Made by a program: the position numbers and the translations under genes. Positions 21,080 to 30,896 of a stretch of DNA of 32,000 bases are shown in pieces (the first letter of the stretch is position 1; the number at the start of each line of letters is the position of its first letter). The stretch comes from Candidatus Absconditicoccus praedator (lineage in GTDB: Bacteria > Patescibacteriota > Gracilibacteria > Absconditabacterales > Absconditicoccaceae): assembly GCF_021057185.1 (NCBI RefSeq), contig NZ_CP054059.1, forward strand, positions 840,001 to 872,000, given 5' to 3'. Below the pieces are notes generated by a model. That model was given only the letters and a program-made list of their open reading frames with translations, did not search any database and was not told where the DNA came from.

Positions 21080-21427
21080 ATACCTAGTCAACTTTTTTAT
21101 TCAAAATATATTAATTTTACAAGTCATCTTAAAAGATATCTAAAATATTTTAATAAAGATAGAATAAAAGTTATAATTTACGAAGATTTTTTATATGATA
21201 ATCAAAAAATTATCAATGAAATCACTGATTTTTTAAAAATTGAAAAATTTACTATAGTGTATAAAAAAGTTAATACTTCTAATTCTAACAAATCAATTAG
21301 TGAAAATGATAAATTATATTTAATGAAAAAACTTAAGTGAGAGGTTATAAAAATAAATAAACTTTTAAATGATTATAAATTAATTAATAAAGATTTAATT
21401 TCTTATTGGGCTTATGATAAGATATAA
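21080..21427 (+). pseudogene. 5'-truncated sulfotransferase remnant (C-terminal ~115 aa only)
   Basis: Frame reads IPSQLFYSKYINFTSHLKRYLKYFNKDRIKVIIYEDFLYDNQKIINEITDFLKI... to TAA 21425-21427. It starts directly at the IS end, with no N-terminal PAPS-binding loop anywhere nearby. Confidence 0.55.
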
Positions 21428-21521
21428 ATATAATTGTTTTTTTATTTTACTAAAATATTCTTGAATTAAACTATAAAAAACTTAGTATATTAGTATAATT
21501 TTAATTTAAAATATTTTGCTT

Positions 21522-22766
21522 ATGACTATAATTTCTTCTGAAAATAGAGTATGGGTAAGGATAAGTAATTCTTGTATAAGTTCTTGTATATTTTGTTTGG
21601 ATTCAGACAATTTAAAACAAAAAAGTTTTGTAGAAGATAAAATAATAAAGTATGAGTTAGAGAAGTCATATAAAAAATGATATAAAAATAAGGCTATAAT
21701 CTCTGGGTGAGAAGCTAGTATTAATCCTAAATTTATTGATTATATAAAATATGCAAGGGATGTTTGATATACAAAGATACAGACAATAACAAATTGATAT
21801 AAGTTTTGAAGTGAAAGTTTTACAAAAAAATGTATAGATAACTGACTTGATGAAATAACTTTTTCACTTCACTGACATACTCCTGAACTTCATGATAGCC
21901 TTACCTGATTAAAATGAGCTTTTAAAAATATTATAAAAGCAATTTATTATATAAGGAATAATCATCCAGAAACTATAATAAATTGTGATATTATTATTTG
22001 TAAACCTAATGTAGGTTATGCATATAAAATAGTGCAGTTATTGAAAAGGTTGCAAGTTTTTGAGTATGATATACTACAGATTGTCCCTCAGGCTTTAGCA
22101 TGGGAAAATAGAGGTGATTTGTTGTTTGATGATATATATAATCACAAAGAAAGTTTACACAAACTATGGAAAGAGTCTGAAGACAAAAGAGTACATATGC
22201 GAGCTAATAGGGTGTTTCCATGACTTTTAGAGTGATTTGAGGATATGATTCAATCTCCAGAAAAAATGTCAGATGAAGTTCTTAATGAGGCTAAGAAGGA
22301 GTGGGAAAGAGTCTTTAAAAAAAGAAAATTGCCTGAGTGTAGAGATGAAATTAGGTGTGCAAATTGTTATATGAATTGGTTTTGTGATAACCTAAATGAG
22401 TTCTATTTTTCTTCAAATAAAAAAAATAAAAAAGAAAAACTTTTCTCACATAGAAGTATTGATAAAATAAATGAAATTTATCCAGCTGATATTGTTAATT
22501 TTAAATGAGAAGTATTTGGTAGGGATGTTTTAAATCTTCCATACTGTTTATCTTGAAAAAATAATTCATTTACAAATTTTAATGATTATTTGCTAGAACA
22601 TAAAATACAAGCAAACATAGTTAATTTTACTAATTGGTTTATGGATGAATGATTTAGAATAAAATCAACTTGATGTAAAGAATGTAAACTATATAATTCT
22701 TGTAAGTGAATTCATATAAATTTTATAAAAAAATACTGATTTAAAATACTTAATCCAATTAAATAA
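21522..22766 (+). CDS. Radical SAM protein with C-terminal C-x2-C-x5-C-x-G motif, 414 aa
   Basis: ATG 21522 to TAA 22764-22766, in frame with track ORFs 22032-22223 and 22245-22508. Motifs CISSCIFC, SGGEAS, CRDEIRCANC and CKECKLYNSCKG. Confidence 0.8.
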
Positions 22767-22769
22767 TAA

Positions 22770-23822
22770 ATGGTTCAATATATAAATGAGATAATAAGAA
22801 CAAATTATAAGTGTAATCGAAAATGTAAGTTTTGTAATGTACTAAAAACAAATAATTATTGAGTTGTAGATGTTTCTGATTGAGAAGTTATAAATAAAAT
22901 TTTAGAAATTGCTAGAAAATATAATGAAGATCAATTAAAGTATGTAACAATTTCCTTTTCATGATGAGAACCTTTAATGAATAAAAATTTAGAAAAATAC
23001 ATAAAACTAGCAAAAAAAATATGAATATGAACTGTAGAAATACAAACTAATTGAATATTGTTAATCAATAATAAGTTTAAAATTAATAAACTATATGATG
23101 CTTGATTGGATGAAATTTTTATAGCACAACATAGCCATAAAAATGATGTAAATTATAGTTTATGATGCTTTTTGGACACAAAAAAACTAGAGGAGCGAGT
23201 TTTCTATGTTAAAAAAAATAATATTTATACACATGAGAAAAATCAACATTGAGTTTCAATTTATTTAAATATTGTTATTACAAAAATTAACTTGCCCTAT
23301 TTAAAAGAATTTTTATTATATCTAAAAAAAATATGATTTATTGATTTAATAGAACCTAGGCATCATTTTGATTGAAACTGAAATTTGGAAAAGGTGACAA
23401 GGAAAATATCTTTATGATTTGTTCAGCCTCATTGATATGCTTGGGAATATTGAAAAGAGGTATTGCTCGATTTTAATGATGAACAAAAAAGATATATAGA
23501 GGAACTAATAAATTACTGTGAAGAAAATGATTTGTTGCCGGATATTCATTTTGTGGGTCCTCCTCTTTGCTTGATGTATTATCCCAAGTATAATTTAGAA
23601 TATAACAGGTTGAAGAAAATAGAGGAAGATAAAAAAAAGTGACTTCAAAACGATGAAAATATCGACACATTCAGAGTTTTACAGAAAGAAAAAAGTAAAC
23701 TTAAAGAGTGTGAAAGATGCAAATATAACAAATTTTGCTTATGAATATACAAGGCACGATTAGAGTTTTTTGGAGAAGAATATGCTAGGAAAAAAATTAA
23801 TGAATTTATAAAAAAACAGTAA
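22770..23822 (+). CDS. Radical SAM protein, 350 aa; paralog of CDS 18638-19588
   Basis: ATG 22770 to TAA 23820-23822. Motifs CNRKCKFC, SGGEPLM, QHSH, GYAWEYGKEVLLDF and CERCKYNKFCLG. Confidence 0.8.
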
Positions 23823-23826
23823 TATA

Positions 23827-24789
23827 ATGAATATTTGATATTTACAAATAACTAGAATATGTAATCATAAATGTATATTTTGTTCTAACCCTTCAAATGG
23901 TAATTTTTTATCTTTATCTGAAATAGAAGATTCAGTTAAAATACTAAAAAAAGAATGATTTAATTCTATTATAATAACATGATGAGAGCCTACTATTCAT
24001 CCAAATTTTATTGATGTTGTAAATATTATTAAAAATAATTGAATTGAAGCTAGAGTAATAACTAATGGGTACCTATTTTCAAAAACTGAAAATGTAAAAC
24101 AAATTAAAGATGCATGAATAAATATTGTTCATTTATCGGTTTATACATATAAAAAAGAGTTAAACGATAAAATTAGAGAGTATCCTTGAGCATTTGATCA
24201 AATGGTTAAAGCTATTATAAATTTAAAAAAGTATTGAATTACTACTCAAATAACTTCTGTAATTACAAAATATAATCAAGATCATTTGGATAAAACAGTA
24301 AAATTTATTAAAAAACTAAATCCAAATATATCACATTTTGTTCGAAATGTTATGGATCCTGAAATGATGCCAAAAAAATGAAAAGATAAAAAAGATGAAA
24401 TATTACCTGACCTGGAAAAGGCTGGTAATAGCTTGGTTCAAATATTTAAATATTTAGAAAGTATATGAAATACTTTTAGGGTTGAAAAAATGCCACTTTG
24501 TTTCATACCTTGATATGAGTGGGCTAATACTGAATGTAGAAAGATAGTAAAAGATGAAAAAAGATATGTTCGTTTTTTGGACTTTAGAGAAAAAATTAAT
24601 GAGTCTTGAAGAGATTTTCAACATTGATTGCTTGATGATTGTAAAAATTGTATATTAAATGAAATATGTTGATGAGTATATGAAAATAAAAAACGATATA
24701 ATTATATAAATGTGAAACCCAAATGAATTGATTATAAAGGCAATTTAGAAAAGATAATTTTAAAGATAAAATGAAAAACAAAAGGATAG
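23827..24789 (+). CDS. Radical SAM protein, 320 aa
   Basis: ATG 23827 to TAG 24787-24789. Motifs CNHKCIFCSNPS, TGGEPT and CKNCILNEICGG. Confidence 0.8.
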
Positions 24790-25679
24790 AGATACCGTTG
24801 TGATGGAAGTGTAATGAAAGGTGTTTTTTTTGTAGTGAAACAGAGTTGATAGAATATCATAAGTGAAAGTCATTAAGTTTTGAGTATTTTTATAAGTTGC
24901 TAATTTCTTATTATAAAGAAGGTTATAATCATTTAACAATAGTATGATGAGAACCAACTATAGAGAAAAACTTTATGAAAGCAATAAAGTTAGCAAAAAA
25001 ATTATGAATGTGAGTGCAGATATCAACTAACTGATTAAGGTTTGAGGATGAGGTTTTTAGTAAAGAGGCAATGAAGTATATAGACCGAATAACATTATCA
25101 GTTCATACAATAGAAGATGATTTATTTAAAAAGATTACACAAACGAATATAGATTGATGGAAAAGTAGGCTTGAAAAGATATTAAAAAATATTTGAAAAT
25201 ATAAAGATAATCATGAAATAAGAATAAATTATGTGTTAACAAATTACAATATAGAGCATTTAAAAATATTAGACACTATAAATTATATAGAGAAAAATTT
25301 GCCTAATTACACATCTTTTGTACTAACTTATCCGGATATTACAGTTATAGAATCTGGAGAATTAACAAAAAAAATTAAAGTTAAAAAAGATGATTTATTT
25401 TCTTCTTTAGAAATACTTTATGAAAAACTTTCATCTGACCAAACTAGGAAATTGGTATTGGCAGATATGCCATTTTGTTTTGTTCCAGAGGAATTACATG
25501 GGAATTTACAAGATAATTTTATGGCATTAGATAGTATATCAAAAATATTTATAAAGGATGAAAAAAAGAAGCATGATAGGAATAAAGTAGACCCTAGGTG
25601 AAGATTTAAAGCAAATCAATGTAATAATTGTAAGTATTCTCATACATGTTTTTGATTTCCTAACATATTTGAGTTTTAA
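24771..25679 (+). CDS. Radical SAM protein, 302 aa
   Basis: ATG 24771 overlaps the upstream gene by 19 nt; TAA 25677-25679. In frame with track ORF 25233-25601. Motifs CNERCFFC, VGGEPT and CNNCKYSHTCFG. Confidence 0.8.
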
Positions 25680-26929
25680 AGCATTTTTTTGTAGTTTAGT
25701 CAAAATCTGTTTTTAGGGTCTTTGAAAATTAAATAAGATTCGAAAAGACTTTTAGAAATGAATTTTGCATTGTTTGGGTGAGTTTCAATTTTTTCTGGGT
25801 GTCAATTATTATAAATTATTTTAAAATTGTAAATATTATTTTTTTTAAACAGTTTTATTGCATTATTTATATTTTTATAAATTACTAATATTTTATGAAA
25901 TCATAATGGTGTGGTTTCCGATGTTGGTGTTTTAAATTTTTCTGCCAGCTCTTTCCTTCTTATAAAGTTGTGTTTTTGTACAGTTTCTATGGAGCAAAAG
26001 TGTATATAATACGTAGGTTTTTCATTTTTTATTATGTCATGTATTAGCTTTAAAGAAGTTAGTTTACTTCATAATATAGGATATTCTTTTTTAGAAATTC
26101 AATAATACTTTTCTACTAGTTCACCTTTTTGTAAGTCTATTTTGTAATTTAATTTATTATAAATAGTGTTGTGATGTCAGTTATATGTCATTTCATTTAG
26201 ATTAAATCAATTTATTGCATTTTGATCCGATAGTTCTTTCATAATTTTATACATATATTCATAAGTATCAGGTTGTACTGGCATTTCTATAAGTACTGAG
26301 GGGATATATTTTTTTGAAAGTTTGTATAGTTCTGTTTTTGGTTTTTCATAGGGTTTTATGCTGTATCTAAGTTCTGATACTCATTTGTCTTTTAATTTTT
26401 TTAATATTTCTTCATCAATAAAATCTCAAGTAGTATAGATTCTTTTTATAACTCAGCTGTATTTTTCATTTACATAATCTAGAATTTTGAATACTGTTTT
26501 TTTGTGTAAAAATGGTTCTCATCATGTGATTGCTAGGGTTTTGTTGTTTTTGTTTGTGCTGAATGTGTCGTCTATGATTCTTAGACTTTTGTTGTAATCT
26601 TTTTGATTTGTGGCTGCGTTAAAACTATTTTCTGGGCATAAAGGATTTTTTTCATAACAAAAAAAACAGCTTCTATTACATAAATAGCTAATTACAATTG
26701 TGCATCATTGTCATTTTATGCATTCAGAACATCATATAGATCTTCACCCATAAAATAATCAGTCTCAAATTCCTGTGAAAGAAACTCATTCTAATGATCT
26801 TAAATTTTGTTTTATAAAATCTAAATTTTCCTTAGATTCTTTTTTTAATTCAATATCTCAAAATTCTTTAATTCTGTTTTGTATGAATTTTTCTCTAATT
26901 TTTTCTATATTTTTTAGTTCTTTGTTCAT
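25676..26929 (-). CDS. Radical SAM protein with an extra upstream CxxC, 417 aa
   Basis: ATG at 26929 (in-frame stop 2 codons upstream), TAA at 25676-25678, overlapping the convergent stop within TTAA. Motifs CSECIKG, CNRSCFFCY and TGGEPFL. Confidence 0.75.
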
Positions 26930-26971
26930 AAAAAATTAGTACAGCTTAAAATTATAATAATGATATTTAAT

Positions 26972-27706
26972 TTATTTTTTATTTCAAGTTTTGTTTTTTA
27001 TAAATTTATTTAGGTAAAAAAGATTTTTTTTAATTATTTTATTTTCTTGTTTTGATGTGTTGAGTAAATTATATAAGCATTTGTTGAAGTTCATTTCATT
27101 TACTTGTTTTTTGTGTCAGATTTTAATTATTATGTTTCCTTTATAATTTATTAATTTTTCTCATTGTTGAAATTCAATTTCATAGTATATATAATCTATG
27201 TTTTTATTTAGAAGGTAAAAGTTTATGTTTGTCAATATTGTCGAAAAATTTTTATATGTTAGAAAGTATCATAATGAATGTTCTAGTATGTCTCTATCAA
27301 ATGCTGATTTTATTTTAATAGGTTTCCTATTTAAGATTAGATTTAAATATATTTCATCATTGAAATAAAATATGTTTTCTTTATCAATTATTTGATTTAA
27401 TAAATCTAATTCATAAGATACGGGTTTTTCTATTATTATTTTTGAATTTTTAATATTTGTACTAAGTATAAATTTTAATACTTTGGTTTGTTCTGCAGTG
27501 GGACTTATGGCAATTATAATAATATCAAATTTTTCAAAAAATTTTATGTTTTTTATCTTATCAAATTTGAAAATATTAGTTCAATTGAATTTGTTTTTTT
27601 TATCTACTCATGATCTATTGCATAAGCTAATCCTGTATCATAGCGACTTGAAATATTGGTAATATTTGAGTCCTTGTTTTCATGTTCACAATATTAAAAC
27701 ATTCAT
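26972..27706 (-). CDS. Rossmann-fold NAD(P)-binding oxidoreductase-like protein, 244 aa
   Basis: ATG at 27706, TAA at 26972-26974. N-terminus MNVLILGTGKQGLKYY has a GxGxxG motif with two Gly as TGA. Confidence 0.55.
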
Positions 27707-27730
27707 TTTATTTTTTGTAATTTACTTAAA

Positions 27731-28984
27731 TTAGCTTTTGATTCACTCTTTTCTATTTTTTGCAATTTGTAATAATTCTTTTGGGCTCAAAAATATTAAT
27801 CAGTAAAATCATATATTTTTTTCTTCTCAATTGTAATATAAGTACCTATCATCTTCAATTATAATATTATTTTTGATTAAGAAATCTATTTCTTCTTTAA
27901 ACATGTCTTTAATGTTTTTATTGAACTTTTTTTTGAAATCTATTTTGTCTATTTTATCTTGAAAGGATTTTAAAGTATATGATAGAATCTCATAATTATT
28001 ATCTAATTTTTCTATAGAAAAAATAAATTTTCAATTTTTAAAAAAACTTGTTTCATAACTTCATAGATTTCGAACTTTAGAAATGCTTTTGTATCAAACA
28101 CCAAAAATAGATTTTTTTTCATTAGAATACAATCAAAAGCTTTTTTTACTGTTTCAAGATTTTTTATGTTTAAAAATATATCACAACACATTGTTCAATT
28201 TTGTTGTGTTATATTTGTTTTTTATTTTACTGCCTTTAATTGTTTTTGTAAATAAATTTTCCAAATTGTCATAAAATTTATCTCAATATTTTATATATAT
28301 ATTATTTGTCTTGTTTTGTTCTTTCATTACAGTGTAATATGTGATGCTATCAGGCTCACACTCTTTTAATATATTTAAATTACTTATAAAATCACTTATG
28401 TCATCATCTCATAATCATAGAACTAAATCTGTATTTATGAATTCTATTCATACTTTTTTTCAGTAACTTATAAATTCTTTAATTGTTTCTTTATCTACGT
28501 ATCTTCTATTTTCTTTTTCTAGTGTGTTCTTATTGAATGATTGGACTCAAAAGCTTATTCTATCAAATCATAGATCTTTTACTTTTTTTATTTTAGATAA
28601 TGATGTAGAGCAGGGATTTAATTCTATTGTTTTTTGATAGTCTTTATTGAATTTAAAGTTTTTAAAAATATATCAAAATATGTCCTCCATCTCACTTTCA
28701 TTTAATGTGCTAGGAGTTCCTCATCAAACATAAATTCAGCTAAATTCAACTTTCTTAAATAAATCTATAAAATTGTATAAAAAATTTTTAACATCTAAGA
28801 TATAATCTTTTTTTTGTTTTTGATTTGTTAGCAAAAGTTTGTCATACATACAATATTTACAAATTTTTTCACAAAATGGAATATGTAAGTAAAAACTAAT
28901 GGGATGGTTGTTGTCTATAATCTTTAAGTGTTTTTTTCGTAGATTTATTATTTCTGTTTTGCTTACTTCTTTTTTTTTGTTCAT
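27731..28984 (-). CDS. HemN/HemW-family (coproporphyrinogen-III-oxidase-like) radical SAM protein, 417 aa
   Basis: Extends track ORF 28736-28984 through TGA to TAA 27731-27733. Motifs SFYLHIPFCEKICKYC, YVGGGTPS, ISFGVQSF and DLVLGLGDDD. An alternative in-frame ATG lies at 29065. Confidence 0.85.
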
Positions 28985-29151
28985 ACTAAACCTATCAAAT
29001 AAAAAATCATGTCATGGATTTATCAATTTTTTTATTATTCTTCTTTTTTTTTCAATAGAATTCATGTAGAGTAAATAAAATCTAAAAAGTTCTTGAAAAA
29101 ATATTATTTTTTTATAAACTTAATTCAAGTTTATTTTGATATAAATATTGA

Positions 29152-30045
29152 ATGAAAAGAGCTGATATAAAGGTTTGATTTTCTTGTAATAATTTTTGTG
29201 AATTTTGTGTGCAGTGAGATAAAAGGTTTTTGTTTAAGCCACGTTCATTAGAAAAAATAAAAGAAATCACAAAGCATGAATATGATAATTGATGTAGGGA
29301 AGCAGTTTTTACTTGATGAGAGCCAACTGTTCATCCGAAACTTGTGGAGGCGGTTTCATACGCAAGTAGTATCTGATATAAAGAAATACAAATACAATCA
29401 AATTGAACAAATTTTGATGACATTAATTATTGTAAAAGTCTTATTAATGCTTGAGTGACACAGTTTTGACCTTCTATTCATTGAGCTAATCCATCTACTC
29501 ATGATGATTTGGTTAAAACTAAATGAGCCTGGAAAAGGGTTGTAAAATGAGTACATAATCTAAAAAGATTAAGACAAGCTATAATATTTAACATTGTTGT
29601 TACTAAGAAAAATTATAGAGAATTACCTAAGCTTTCAAAAATACTGTGTGAACTGTGAGTTTCTCAACTTCAATTTGCTTTTGTTCATATATTATGATCT
29701 GCTGATAAAAATAAAGTAAAGATTGTTCCTAAAAAGACTGATGTGATGCCATATATAAAAAAATGAATAGATATATGAAATCTCTATAAAATTCCAGTTT
29801 TTACAGAAGCTATTCCATATTGTCTGATGCAGTGATATGAGTATGCAATAGCAGAGAATATAATGCCAGAAACAACAGTTATTGATGCTGAACATACTAC
29901 AGAAAGTTATAAGGATTATAGAGTTGCTGAATGAAAAGTAAAGGTTGAAAAATGTAAGACTTGTAAATACTTTAAGTATTGTGAGTGACCCTGGAAGGAA
30001 TATCCTGAAATATATTGATGGGATGAGTTTGAGCCAATTAAATAA
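29152..30045 (+). CDS. Radical SAM protein with C-terminal C-x2-C-x5-C-x-G motif, 297 aa
   Basis: ATG 29152 to TAA 30043-30045. Motifs CNNFCEFC, TGGEPT and CKTCKYFKYCEGPW. Confidence 0.8.
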
Positions 30046-30066
30046 TTTAGACCTCAAAAATTATGC

Positions 30067-30894
30067 ATGAAAAAGATTGTTATTTACTGAAAGTGATGAA
30101 TTTGAAAATCTACTGTTTCAACTCACTTAAGTGTATATTATGCTCTTAATTGATATAAAGTGCTTCAAGTTGGTTGTGATCCCAAACATGATTCAACAAA
30201 AAGGCTGCTTCCTAAAAATACTGATATAAAAACTGTTATAGATATAACAAAATATTATGATATAGATGAGATTTCTAAAGATATGTTTGTATATAGTTGA
30301 AAATTCTGAATAGATTGTGTAGAGGCTGGTTGACCAATTGCATGAATTTGATGTGCCTGAAGATGAATATCATTAATGTTTGAGATTTTTGAAGAAGTTG
30401 ATTTGCTGCAGACAAGTAACTATGATATAGTTATATTTGATGTACTATGAGATGTGGTTTGTTGATGATTTGCTTCGCCATTAAAAATTTGATTTGCAGA
30501 CAGTGTTTATCTGGTTACCTCTGAAGAAATAATGTCTTTGTATGCAGCAAATAATATTGCTAGAGCAGTAGTTAATTACTCAAGAAATTGAATTGATTTA
30601 TGAGGATTGATTTTAAATCAAAGGAGTAATGATGTTGATATTGCCCCAGTAAAAGGTTTTGCATATAGTATATGAACTAAAATTATATGAACTGTTCCTA
30701 GGTCTAATGAACTTTTGGAGATGGAAAAAAAATGAAAAACAGTTTTTGAAGATGATTCTTTAAGTTATTCCACTATTGTAAAACATTTTAAAGGGATTGC
30801 AGATAATATTGATGAATCTAGATGAGTTGTGCCTACTCCGTTTGATGACAAAGAATTTGATGACTTTGTTTTTTACAACTTTCAAAAAAAGTAA
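30067..30894 (+). CDS. NifH/BchL/CfbC-family nitrogenase-iron-protein-like ATPase, 275 aa
   Basis: ATG 30067 to TAA 30892-30894. Walker A YGKGGIGKST (30085-30114, all four Gly are TGA), VGCDPKHDST, CVEAGGPIAGIGCAGRGI and DVLGDVVCGGFA, so both [4Fe-4S]-ligand Cys are present. Confidence 0.9.
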
Positions 30895-30896
30895 TT

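Noticed and set aside
19705-21090. Target-site duplication flanking the IS
   Set aside because: The bases adjoining the ends (…aataag | IS | ttatac…) do not form a 3-4 bp direct repeat.
28985-29065. Upstream in-frame ATG at 29065 as the true start of the HemN-like gene (adds MNSIEKKRRIIKKLINPGHDFLFDRFS)
   Set aside because: This cannot be decided from sequence alone. The shorter form (ATG at 28984) already has 31 residues before the HIPFC motif, so it is kept as the conservative call and the alternative is noted.
9080-30045. Assigning one specific radical SAM gene as HxsC
   Set aside because: I could not recall a discriminating HxsC signature reliably enough. CNHKCIFCSNPS in CDS 23827-24789 is only a vague resemblance. 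A TIGR03977 HMM search is needed.
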